Assembly (NCBI RefSeq): GCF_006345805.1
Contig: NC_042997.1
Span: forward strand, 128,340,001 to 128,404,000
Length of the DNA: 64,000 bases
Source: Octopus sinensis
Lineage: Eukaryota
Reading direction: 5' to 3'
The notes below the pieces were generated by a model. It worked only from the letters and a program-made list of their open reading frames with translations, did not search any database and had not been told where the DNA came from. The position numbers and the translations under genes are program-made. This document shows, one piece after another, positions 37,391-50,334 of this stretch (the stretch's first letter is position 1; every line of letters starts with the position of its first letter).

Positions 37391-37434
37391 AATAATAATA
37401 ATGGTAATTATAATAATGATGATGATAGTTGTTA

Positions 37435-37970
37435 TCTCTTATTATAAAAGGCAGATTTTATCTGCCTCCCTTTGTCTCTTATAGAAATCTACAATATAGG
37501 ATTTCTTCAATTACAATTTACCTAGCATTTTTAAGAGTAAAATACATCGGGTCGTGCCAGGTACAGTTTTTCAAATTTCACCCCCAATTAAGCAAAATTT
37601 CGAGAAAATTCACATTGTGGTGTGTAAGTGAAGTGCTTTTCTTAGTGTGGGCTACAGCACACACACACACACACACAAACGGAGCGAAATGCGGCGCAAG
37701 TTGACCAAAATTGAGAGTATGATAGAAGAAGGGTTGCCCTTCCTTCCGTAGAACATAAGATTCAAATCGGACCATGTTAACACCAAAAATTATTTACATA
37801 AAAAAGCTGCTTTTTTCTATGAAAATCCCTATTTTTTACGATTTTTTCACTGCTGTGTCGCTACTTTTTGGTGTATTTCGACCAGAAAAATGTTCACAAA
37901 ATTTTTACTTTTCAAAATTACAATTCCAGCAGGTCGAAACAAACCCGAGCACGCCGGGCGATACTGCTAG
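37435..37970 (+). mobile_element. Non-autonomous Helitron, 536 bp
   Basis: Inserted at A|T, with a 5' TC start, a 3' CTAG end, a subterminal GC hairpin CCCGAGCACGCCGGG about 12 nt before the end, and many intact CpGs. Confidence 0.85.
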
Positions 37971-40012
37971 TTATTACTATTTCTTTATTAGCTACAAAGG
38001 TCTAAAATATTAGGGACAGTTCAAGAAATGGGATGCTAAGCAATAGGAGTTTACATGAGCAGAAAATACCAAGACCAAAATTAACAAAGTTCCCAATATG
38101 AGTAGGAGACACAGCTGCCTAGGGCTCATGAAGAAACCTCATAGACACCCTCCAGTTTTATCCTGGTACTGAGGGTAAGTACACTCTCCAGCTATCATTC
38201 CCCAACCTACAGGCACATGCACAAAGTGGACCATTCACTTGCCATTCTCATCTGCCTATCAACAAATTTACTGGAGGGCAGCATTTCCTACTTTACCCTA
38301 ACTTCCTCTCCAAATAGAAATTTTAAAAGTTGATGAGAAAAAGTTAGTCAATAGTTTAACATTTTTGAAATATTCATATTTTTATACAAATTTCCCTGAA
38401 GCAAAACAGCTAACAGGAGCAAATTTTTCATGTTAAATTTCCCAAAAGTGTTTCTTGATCACACAAGAAATATTTATTGATAAAGTTCACAAATTCATGC
38501 TTTATCTTTCAGAATATTGTCATATTCCTGATTCTGTATAAGAATTTTATTAAAAAAACTCAAGAATACAGAATATGCTCTAAATGTATGTAAAGGGTCA
38601 GTTTGTAACAAATGAAGACATTTCTAATCACTTCTAATTTATTTGAAAAATGGCAATCTTTCTTAGACACAGACCACATTCCCACTTTCTCCACACACCA
38701 TGTAATGTCTTGTTTTTAAGAATCAACAATTAAGAAAAATTTAAATGGACAAGTAAATTAGCTAATTACTTTGGTTGTTTATAATCTATCAACTTCAGTA
38801 TGATTCTAATAGATTGTGACATGTTCTAAGCTAATTAGGATGCCACATAATCTATTCATTTATCACAAATGCTTTGAAACCTCCATAGATCAAATCTGTT
38901 TCTGTTAGTAATCACCTAAATCCCAAACAAATTTCAGAATTTGGTACCATTCTCTGGAATTATGTTGGGTCTAACACCATCATCATTATTGATTTCTACA
39001 AGCTGAACCATAAGACAGGTTTCATCTATGCAAGACTTTATCATATATGACAAGTAAGATCCTGAACAGCAAAATTTATTTTGCATATATGCGCTTAACA
39101 CACACAAACACATTAACATGCACACATACACATGTTTGCATTCAAACTCCTTATACTCTCACATACAGTAACACAAATTCAAAATGCCTCTGGATAAACT
39201 TCTGTTTGTGGCTATCAGGACTATTTGAGAAAATCTTTAACATTAATTTTGATTTGCTCAGCAAGGATGAACCAATAAATGAGCTTCTATGTAGGCACTC
39301 AGCTTATTAGAAATAGTGAACAAAATCTTTTCAAATCATACTCCACCATCTTAAAAAAGAATAAAGTAATTTGTTGTATATACCTCCCACTTCTTAGCTC
39401 AAGGTGAAATGTCTTTGATCATAGGTTTACTGGAATCACATTAACCTGAGTTTTAACAATAACAACATCAGCATGGTTTTATAAAAGTACATTGGAATCA
39501 GTTGATTTATTAGTTGTATAACCCTTCTCTTAGTGGAACTGTTTGGCTAAGCAAATCAGGTTGTTTTCAGTGTTGTCTTCTAACAGATGTAGCTGCTAAC
39601 AATTGCTTCTGCTGAAAGAATATATAGACATAAACATTAAATTATTTAATGTAGATGACAAACTTCATCAAAGCTGCACTAATTCATGTGGATTTGATAA
39701 TTAAAGCCTTTTTGTTGTTGTTATTCAAACTAAGGTCAGTCTTGATCAGTTAGACTGTGTTCATCCTATCTTGATCAGTTAGACTATGTCCATCCTATCT
39801 TTTTTTTGTAAAGTAACATTTCTAGTATTAATTTATCAGATTTATCCTTCCTTTTTAAAAACGATATAATTTGAGGGAGATTTGGTAGTTATTTCTAACT
39901 GATCATTGCTGGGTTTTCCAAAATGATAAGAAATGGAAAATTATTATTTTTAAATCTCACAAGAGATATTCAGCAACAGTACTTTGGAGTAAAGGGTTTT
40001 TGCCAACATAAC

Positions 40013-40198
40013 ATGGCAGTCCTGGTTTAGGACGAATGTTGCTGTAATTTAGCCCCAGGAAACATCGTCTCCAGCTGGCTATACGACACGATCTATGTTC
40101 GAAAATATAAGAACACAGATTGTGTCGTATAGCAAGCTGGAGATGATGACTCCTGGGGCTAAATCACAGCAACATTCATCCTAAACCAGGACTGCCAT
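40013..40198. repeat. Long foldback (88-bp arms, 10-nt loop), probable MITE
   Basis: Arms 40013-40100 and 40111-40198 are reverse complements with 8 mismatches and no indels. Confidence 0.95.
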
Positions 40199-40452
40199 TT
40201 TACTGATAAGAAATGGTTGAGTAATTCTGATAGAGAATTTTGGATTTATTGTTAAGTCTATCACAGTAAATGTACTTTCTGATTATAAACATTTCATTTA
40301 TGACTTTCCAACATGGACAATTATATCTTTTTGTAGATCTAAGACAACATTCTAATGTGTCTTTTCCTTTAGAATCTCTTGCAGAGCCCAGTCTATTGCA
40401 TGCATTTAGGCCAGATTTCTGGCTTGAGGATAACTCCTTCCTTTTTACTTAC

Positions 40453-40532
40453 CATTGTCAGAAGTCTGTGTGTCTTTGTGCATATATGTATACTAGCTTG
40501 TGTACCTGGTAATTCCCGGGGGTAAAGATGTT
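40453..40532 (-). CDS. Candidate internal exon (HLYPRELPGTQASIHICTKTHRLLTM), host gene unknown
   Basis: Acceptor gcatttcaatag, strong donor ATG|gtaagt; 80 nt open (phase 1-0); no recognised homology. Confidence 0.2.
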
Positions 40533-43500
40533 CTATTGAAATGCCTTATTACTCTGATATAAGAAAGCAATTTTGTTATAACTGCCACAAAAGGTGTATA
40601 AAAACTGTCAGCTGGAGGAGGGAGAGATTGTTGGAGGTTGGTGAGAGAGGTTTTTGGAGGTTGGCAAGAGAGGTCATCAGAAGTTGTCTAGAGAGGTTGT
40701 GGCATTTTAAAGGTGAACTTTATGAAGGTTAATTTCTTGAAGGTGATATGTGAGTGTAGTATATATGTATAGAAATATATGTATGAAGTGTTAGAAGTAA
40801 GTACAATAATAACGTTCATACTCACTGATGGCTGCTCTCAGTAACTGCCTTTAGCTTACGGAGTTCTTGTTTTTATAACTATCGAAAAGCAGCCAGAAGG
40901 ATAGACATATTGTTGAGAACAAATGATTTCGTTGGGGGTCTGTTATCTCCATTCCAGCCCCTGGTGTCCTAGAAGAGGTTAGAAGGGCCAAGTGGCAAAG
41001 ACATTATTCTGCTTAGTGGAGGCATCTGGGAAATGAATAACTGCTGTCATTCGTAGAAAAACTATTGTTTTATTGTGAGAAAAGTGCTGTTGAAGTGTTA
41101 AGTGAAATTTGGCAATCGAGGATCAAATCCATGCTATACCTGTATGAAACCACTACAAATATGTTGTGGAATAAAAAAAATTATCTAATGGAGAAAGTGT
41201 AACTAAAAATGCAGAATTATCAGAGTAATGGGCATTCAAATAAGTATGTATGTATGTATGTATAGAAAAGTATGAATGAAGAGATTCAAATTAAGGAAGC
41301 ACAATAATAATGTTTAGCAGTTCAAAACTGTGAGTAGTGATATGCAGAATTAGGTTGGCTGATTGTTGGTTCAAAGTAATTGAACATAAACAATGAAATG
41401 GGTTATTTTCCTTGAGTGCTTAAAAAAATAGTGTTGGTGGTATGAGTTATTTCCCTTATGTGTTTAAAAAAAAAAGTTACATATGGTATATATAAAGGTC
41501 CCTTCCAGGAGCCATATTATCAATTTTTTCAACAATCTACGTATATCATGAAGTTTCCAGACATGAGTTCTACTCATGTGTCAAGTTTCATCAAAATAAA
41601 TCAAACGATGTAGGAGGAGTTACATAACAATGCCACAAACAAACACACACCAATTTTTCACATATTTTCTTCTAGTTTCAGCTCACGAGCTGTGGCCATG
41701 CTGGGGCAATCTATATATGTGTGTGTTTGTGGGTGTGTGGGTCAGTCTGTGTAAATATTTACAACCTACACTCATCTATAGCTATAGACAATGGCATCAT
41801 TTGTGGCTGAGCTGCAGCCAGTGATGTTTGTTGACATTTCCTGTCAGAAAATAACTCTACACTTGCAAATTCCTCTGGAAGAAATTGTTCTTTACTTGAA
41901 AAACAAGTTATGGTTGATGACAGGAAGAGCATGCAGCCTGTCTTACCTCACTTATTTATCTTCTAGGTAAATATCTTACCTCAATTATTTAGCTTCTAGG
42001 CCATGCTAGCATGGAGAAGCGATCATTAAGTGAAGCAAGCGAGCACACACATATGTATATTCTTTGTACTTTAAGAAAGATTTTAACTAATAATATTTTG
42101 GTAGCTTTTGATTAAACATCTCTATTCCTCTAGCACTCTCTCACAGATGTATATATATATTTTTTCATATTGAATAATGAATAACTGAATAGCTACCTTT
42201 GTTGGATAATTGTATCTTGAAGATACTTATATAAATATTTTATTTAAATATAATTCAAATGACATATTCTATATTGTTCTAATATTGTAATAAATTTAAG
42301 ATCTTTCTTAAAATATCTGTTAATGTATTTGTGTATTCCCATATAATTTTATATCTTCATTTGCTCAGTGTCTAATCAACTTAGTTAAGAAATACTACAT
42401 TCTGTCTTCTATTGTTAGACCAACATAACACAACATTTTAACCATATGAATACTATGTAGAATAATATGTTATATAAGGGAAGAAGACCTATACTCTATG
42501 TAGAACAATGTTATATAAAGGAAGAAGACCCATACCCTCCTGAGGACCTTTTAAACTGAAAGACAGAGATAACTGATTAATGTTAATGTGGTTAATATTC
42601 TGTTTAAACACTTAGTTTAGCGGTTATAATTGAAACACAGTCAGGTGAGTGAGAAAATCCTTGTGATTACTATTCTGAAGAAATAGTCTGGACTGTATTT
42701 GGAAGGTTAGTTGGATAGCTGAATTAGATGAAGAGAAACAATATCATTTAGTAGCTGAACATAGATTATAGTAATAGCAATAAGAATAATGGAGGTAGAA
42801 TGAACATTTCAACAGTGGAACCGCGATTACAAAGTGTTTATGTATAAAGATTATCTTTGCTCCTGTTTAGCCTCAAATTAGTTCTGATCCAGCAGACCTA
42901 TACTCATAAGTGCTCTAGCCATGGCTACCTTGAGGTTCTTTCAGAGATCGTATATCTAGGATCATATCTGAAGTAAATTTAAGTGGTATTTCTGGCCATA
43001 TTGATCAACTGTGTAGTGGCTTCCTTGCTGGCTTAAATACATAAAAGTTTAGTTATTTGGGGGGGGGGGGGTAGTCTTAATCTATTTAGGATCTGGGGTA
43101 GAATAATATTACTTGAGGAAGAGCAGTGCCTATGACTTTTTCTAGGACCTTCAAAACTTATACAAGGATGAGAGAAAGTTATTCTTAGATTGAAGATCTG
43201 GCCTGAATTTTTGTGACAGACTCTATCAAAAGGCACTGAAGAACCAGACAGGGATGCCAAACTAAAAACTAGTACAACCTGATTTCATGCAATTTCCATC
43301 TACCCTATCTCATTCATAGGGTTTATATTGAGACTAAAGCTGAAGACACATGTTAAAAGTGCTGCTCAGTGGGATCAAATCTAGAATGATAGGTTTGTGT
43401 AGCAAACTTTTTAACTACAATGGTCATGCCTGCACCTATGGTTTTTATGTTTGTTTCTCATTCTCTTCACTTCTTAGCTGTATACTACCATAGGGAAAGC

Positions 43501-43652
43501 CTCCACATGTGCTGCTCACCCAAATTACAGCAAACTATATATGCCAATTGAGATAATACCTCAGGTTGCTTTAAATCAACAAAGCTACTATCTCTGACAA
43601 TATCTTTCCATTGCATTCAAAAGGTAGTCCCTATCCTCATCAAATTTTTTAA

Positions 43653-43823
43653 TCTCTCTCTCTTTCTGTCTCTCTCTCTCTTTCTGTCTCTCTCTCTCTT
43701 TCTGTCTCTCTCTCTCTTTCTGTCTCTCTCTCTCTTTCTGTCTCTCTCTCTCTTTCTGTCTCTCTCTCTCTTTCTCTCTCTCTCTCACACACACACACAC
43801 AACACACACACACACACACACAC
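43653..43823. repeat. 18-bp pyrimidine-rich tandem repeat (tctctctctctttctgtc)n grading into (CT)n and (CA)n
   Basis: Direct reading; produces the ERQKER-repeat ORF 43588..43821. Confidence 0.95.
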
Positions 43824-44129
43824 ATTGACTTGGGCTTTGAAATTTATGAGTAGAAGTTGGCCTTTAGAATTAGTAGAACTTGGCAGAGAAGTTTTGTATT
43901 CCATTCAGAATATGATTCCAAGGGATATTTACTAACTAGAGGGGAAATAAAAAGTGATCTCTACATGCCCTCAGTTAATCAAGGTCATTAGATTATGAAG
44001 GGAAACTGATGAAGTTGGGGCCCCCAACTACAAGGAAAAAGCAATAAACCTCTCAGTAAGTAAGATAGCTGATGATTATTGTAACCGAAACTATAACTGG
44101 AGGTCACAGTCTGATAACACTGCTATGGA

Positions 44130-47060
44130 AACTAAAAACTTGGTACGCAAGAACACTCTATCAATCTCATACAGGAAATAGGAAAATTTTAATTTGACAT
44201 GAAAATATCTGAAACTAGATGGACAGGTGATAAACTTTTAAAAGAAAATAACACAATATTTTCTGATGGAAAATAAAATTAAAAAAGAAGTGGGGATCAT
44301 AATAAAAACATGAACTCACTTATTGATTACTGGATAATTTCTGACAGTGTTAAAATGATGAAACTGTGGAAAGAATCTTCCAGTATCAATATATCGATAT
44401 ATGCTTCTACACAAAAACAAAGTGATAAATGGATAAACTAATTCTATCAAATTCTACCAGACTTATATTAAAAAAATATACACCATGGCTGTGTGGTTGA
44501 AAGCCCACATTGCAACTACATGGTTTGAGGTTCAGTTTCACTGTGCAGCATCCTAGGAAAGTGCCTTCTACTATAGCCCCAGGCTAACTAAAGTCTTGTG
44601 AGTGAATTCAGTTGATTGAAACTATCTGGATGTCCATCATATATAAATATATATGTGTGTGTTCTTGTGTCTTTGTTTTTGTCCTCCACCACTGCTTGAC
44701 AACAAATGGCAGTTTGTTTACATTTCCATAACTTAGCAGTTTGGCAAAAGAAACTTTAACAATCAGTGTCAGACTAAAAAAGAAGTACTGGGGTTAATTT
44801 GTTCAGCTAAACCCTTTGGGCAGTGTTCTGGCATGGTTACAGTTCAATGAGACTAAAACAAGTAGAAGTAAACCATTATTATAAAGAAAGATTTTAATGC
44901 AAAACTCGGCAGAGAAAACCAACTATATTATAGGTCAATATGAGTTAGATGGAAGAAATGAAAGCAGTAACCAACTGTTCTATTTGTTAAAAAAACAACT
45001 TAGTAGTTACCAATATACTATTTCAGCAACCACCAATAAAATTATATACATGGAAGAGTCCAGGTGACAAAACAGGAAATCACATAGACTGCATACTGAT
45101 AAACCAACAGTTTAGAAACCGAGAGAAACTTGTAAAAACACAGCCTGGAGTAGATATCAATTCAGATTTAATCCAGTGGTAATTAAACTACAAATCAAAC
45201 TTTCAAGAAAATGACTTAAAGATAGAAACAGTTAAATACAAACAGAAATATGATGTTTAAATAACAAACAAGTATGAATATTTGCACAATGACTAAGAAA
45301 TACCAGAACTATATGATAAAGAATGAATAGAAGAAAATGGAACACGATTAAAACTTACATTCAAAACACTGTCTGAAAGGGAAAAGAAGAATAAGAAATG
45401 GAAAAACTGATGAAACAATCAAAACCAGAAAAAAAGAAAGAAATATAAGATCAAGAGAAGATATTACACTCTAAATAGATATTTGTTCTGAATATAGAAA
45501 AACAAAAACTAAATGGCTGGATGATCAATGCTAAGAAGTTGAAAAACTTAATAACCTGCATAAATCCAAAGAATGAGTGATAAAATAAATGAGATCACAA
45601 ACAACAAGTGCATGAGTAAACAAAGTGGTAATATTAAAAATGAAAATAGAAACATACTTGATCAACAGTAGATCTCGTCTAGATGGATTGAATATATAAA
45701 AGAACTTGTATGATGGTAAGAACAGACTGCTTATGCCCAATTTTGAAGCTACTAATGAAAACAAAATCTTAAAAGAAGAATTAGAAAAAGCAATAAAGTT
45801 AGTGGAAGATGGAAGGGCAACTGGGACAGATAAAATACTAGCAGAAGCATTAAAAGCATTAGACAACCACAACATAGATGTTATAACAGATGTAGGTAAT
45901 ATGATGTATAAAAATGAATATATGAAATAAAATTAACTATCTTTGTTCCATTACTAAAGGAACCAAAAGACTCATGATTACCTAGAGTTTAGAACCATAG
46001 ACCTAATGAGCCATAAGACTAAACTACTACTAAAAAATCATCCATCAAAGAATAGCATTAAGAATAAATGAAGATATAAATCTGCAGCAAAGTACTTTTA
46101 ACAAGGATTAGGAACTTGTAACTGAATATTTAATCTATAAATCATATGTGAAAGTGCTCTAGACATAAATCAAACATTTACATATGCTTTATACTGTATG
46201 CCAAAGTATTTGGCAATAGCGGTCATGACTGAATAGAGAAAAAGATCAAAATTTAAAATTAAGGAAGGAATTAAAAACAAAGGCTTTGTATTGTGCTTTA
46301 GTTTATTTAACTTATACGAGTACACTGAGAACATCTTCAGAGAAGTAGAAAAACATGCAAGTAAATATGACTATCAACCACTTTAAATATGCAGAAAGTA
46401 TTCCCTTATTAAATTTCAACAGAAATATTATCTGCTGAATTTTATGACCACAGTAAATGTCAAAAGACTTATCCTATAGAATGGAAATAAAGGTTCCAAA
46501 AACATAATCAGCAAGAAACAAAAGTCACCCAAAATAAATAACATAACTGAGAGGGAGCCAATTGAACAGGCATCAAAGTAATATACCTGGGATATACGGA
46601 ATTAGAGAACAACAAATGTGAAGCAGAAATTAAATGATGGATTAAGATAATCAGAAAGCCATGAAAAAAAAAAATCAAGCATATTAACATAGAGAAATAT
46701 GGCTATTGAAATCAGTAAATATTTATTAAAATGGTATTGGACATGATAACTATAACAGCAGTTGTGTTGAATATGAAATTATTGCCAAGAAAAGTAGCTG
46801 TAGTTTACTTTGTTATATAGAGCTGAAACATGGACATAAACAAGAGTATTATCAAAGAGATTAGAAGCAACTGAGATGTATGTATATAGAAGACTTTGAG
46901 AAAGTCACAGAATACAAAACCGATGATGGCAAAATCTTAGAAAATTTTATTAGCTATGATCAAAGACAGAAAACTAAAAGATTTTGTATAATTAGAAATA
47001 AAAATGGTTTACAAAAGCTGTTTAGTATAAGAAAAATACTTGAGAAAGGATGAGTAAAAC
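44130..47060 (+). mobile_element. Decayed, nearly full-length RTE-clade LINE (APE endonuclease plus reverse transcriptase)
   Basis: The endonuclease start KTWYARTL...ISETRWTG resembles TWNVRTL/SETRW. The RT start reads ILKEELEKAIKLVEDGRATGTDKILAEALKALD. A ...EFRTIDLMSH.TKLLLK block follows, and the C-terminal RKLK.. block lies near 46970. Many stops and frameshifts. Confidence 0.85.
44483..44875 (+). mobile_element. SINE family A nested in the RTE endonuclease region
   Basis: ggctgtgtggttg...ggttcagtttcactgtgcagcatcctaggaaagtgccttctactatagcc...caatgagactaaaacaagtagaag. Confidence 0.85.
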
Positions 47061-48089
47061 CAAGAATTGTGTGAATAGTTTTGTTGTATCTTAGTTTTGT
47101 TGTATCTTCTTTGTTTTATTTGTCAATTAGTTGAGAGTTGTATTAATATTTTCCTTTACTAATATTCTTCTGCTGAATCTCAGACAAATCTAAGTAGCCT
47201 GAAAAAACAATTGGGTAAAATAATAATTACAGTGCAAAATTATTAGGGGGGCACTATCCATAATAAAAGCAGTAGTTAAATTAATATTGATGTATTTAAT
47301 GCAGAAAGCATTAAAACTCTAATTAGAAGCAATTATGTTTTAAGAAAATGTCTAATATTATTTTGATTATTCTAGCCACTACTGGAGACAACTTCAGATA
47401 TTTTTCAGTCTATTCAAATCATCTAGACTTCACCTGACTTTCCTACATAATAGTGAGATAATCATTAAGCTGATGTGTGATATTGTACGGAAACAGGTGT
47501 GAAAAATTAGCGTAATTTGAAAATATTCGAATTTATCATCAGTATCAGTATCGTTTATATGTTTCAACTATCATCAGTATCATGTAAAACTAACAATCAA
47601 TTAAAATCTCATTGAATAATGTGATGGATGGTGAGGATTGAATACTGATATTGTTTTCTGAAATCAACAGTCTTCATTCTCAGTTCAGCTCTTATCAAAG
47701 AACACTCATTTACACAAAAGAAACCTTTTATTGTAAAATAATTGTCTTTACATTTAAGTTAATGTCTATTTAGCCTCCAATTACTAAATTTTTTTTTTTA
47801 TGTAGTGAAAAGAACAATACTATTATCAGTTTTCTCATGATAAAATGAGATTATTTTTTTAAAGTTTATTGTATAACTTTATATTTCAATGTTGTCAGTT
47901 CTGTGAACATTACACTACAACTTGTTAGAATAATTTCTAACAAGGCTATCTTCCCTCAAACTATTGCTAAGACTAAATGAACATCCAGTATGGTATGAAA
48001 TCTATTTTTAAATGAAAGGAAGCCATCATTAAATCTTTTAGTTGAATGTTGATGCCTTTTGTTTAAGATATGTGTTGTTTTTCTTTCAG

Positions 48090-48120
48090 GTAAATTCAGT
48101 AATAAGATCTGTAATCTCAG
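48090..48120 (+). CDS. Candidate 31-nt exon
   Basis: Very strong acceptor gtgttgtttttctttcag and donor CAG|gtaatt; open in two frames. The acceptor could alternatively be read as a donor (CAG|gtaaat). Confidence 0.2.
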
Positions 48121-49294
48121 GTAATTTAGATAATGTAGTGATAACTGTTTGGTAGATTAAATTGACAGTTGTTTGCTCACAACCATTAACACTGAGCTGA
48201 GTTTATAATTGATAAAGCTTATAAGGATAAAGTTTGTTTTAGGCATGATGCCAGTTGAGAAGTTTTGTATTAGATGCAGACATGTTGGTAACTATAACAA
48301 CGATTGTGTCGTGAGTAGGAATTATCGCCAAGAAAACTAATGTTAATTGTTCATTGATCTTGGAAGAGTGTACCTACAAACTGATCAGATGTTAGGCTTG
48401 TTGTCCTAAATATACATTTCAACTAATAACTCTTGCTTTAACTGATTGTAGGTTTCATATTTCTGCAAACTGAACTCTGGCCAGGAGCTGCTTTGACCAT
48501 CATAAACTAACTCAATTACCATCACTATAATATTTATTATACAATATCTTCACTTCCCTCCAAAAACAGACATATACACTTAAAGACTCTAATTAGTTTC
48601 AATTCAGATGTTTACTTGTAGAAATATCTACATTTAATTTTGTTTTTTCAGAAATAAAATTGACTTCTAGATTATTAGTCTGTAATTGTCCACAAAAGAA
48701 AAATCTATATACTGAACATTTCATATATATTGGAATCTATCAGCAAAGAAACAAATGCTTTTATTTATTTCTATATTATGCAGCTGTTAATTCTATAGGT
48801 GACATTAGTGACCTTTCCTGAAAACTCATTATCATTGAAATTGCTAAAAATGTTTTGAAAAAAAAAAACATGATTTCCTGCTTAGAACAAATCTTGAGCA
48901 ACATTTCAACATTGTGCAAACATAAAACACTGTAGACATTTTAAAGTAATTTTCATTTTGATTAGCAAATCAATTTTCATAGTTCACTAAATATATATTT
49001 AGAATTTTTGAAATATTCTAAAGGGGAGGAGTATTTCCTCTTGATGTTTGTAGGCCCTCCCCAGTCTGGTGTGATTGAAGGACTCTTCGTGAAGATTTGT
49101 TTTTATCTTCTCTTGTATTGTTACTATATCTGTTCTCTCTCTCTCTCTCTCCTCACTCTCTCGTCTCTCTCTCAGGATAAGTAATTGTTGCTATTATTCA
49201 AATTAAATAAGTACCAGTTCAGCACTGGAGTTGATGTAGTAAACCTTATCCGTCTAAAATTACTGGCCCTGCATCAAAAACAGAATTGTAGAAG

Positions 49295-49525
49295 TTAATA
49301 AAGCAGGGAGCTTGCAGAGTTGTTAATGTTGCAAAAACAAAATATGTTTTGTGGTATTTCTTTCAACCTTTTATGTTCTGATTTCAAATTCACCTGAGGT
49401 CTATTTTTGCCTTCCATCCCTCCACATTCAATAGAATAAAGTACTAGACAAGTATTGGGATCAATGGCATCGACCAATCCCCTCCTCTCAAAACTGCTGG
49501 CCTTGAGCCTAAATTAGAAACATTA
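49295..49525 (-). mobile_element. SINE family B, degenerate
   Basis: ttgccttccatccc..caatagaataaagtactag core and an ataataa.. tail. Confidence 0.6.
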
Positions 49526-50152
49526 TAATACAAATTAATTATGATTGTCCTTTCCTGTAATTATTCCTTAAACAACCTGCTCAATTTTCTAGGAAATTTT
49601 TTCCCCACAGGACACCAAACTACCCTCAATCTATCCACAAGAGTCTACTAGTAGACATGTTCAATGGATATAATTATTAGTGGAAAGCTTCAAAATGAAG
49701 TATTTTTCTCCAATAATTTTTGATACTTCATGTGACACAATGAATATGAACGATTAAATATAGTTACTTTTAGCTGTTAATTTGTTTCTCTACAGAATTA
49801 TTCTTATCTTGATACATTTTTTTTTTCTTTTCTGATGGAAACCTTAAATTTTAAGAATCTTGCAGTTGTACACTTAACCAATAATTTTAACATTTTTTTT
49901 TTTTCAAAAATCAAATGGTAAATCAGATTCAAATCTTAGCCCTTAAGCTGCAGAAGTTTCAGATATTTTCTATTATAATCAATACAAGTGTTAACTGCTA
50001 TATTTTTTTTATAGAACACATTTAAAAGTTTCATAATTTTATTTATTTAATTTTTCAACCAAAAGGGTTTTTTTTCTTCTGTGAATTGTATATTGCAAGG
50101 GAATAATAATGGTAATGATAATAATAATAATGTCATATCCACACACTCATAT

Positions 50153-50207
<55 letters not shown>

Positions 50208-50301
50208 AATATATCTTTCTATGTATGCATATATCTATCTGTCTGTATATAATATATATGTATATATATGTTTGTATTTAGAGAGAGAGAGAGAGGTCTA
50301 A

Positions 50302-50334
<33 letters not shown>

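Noticed and set aside
49617-49683. TPNYPQS, resembling a CUB-domain start after a strong acceptor
   Set aside because: The following residues lack the CUB C-x-W pattern and the frame closes quickly.
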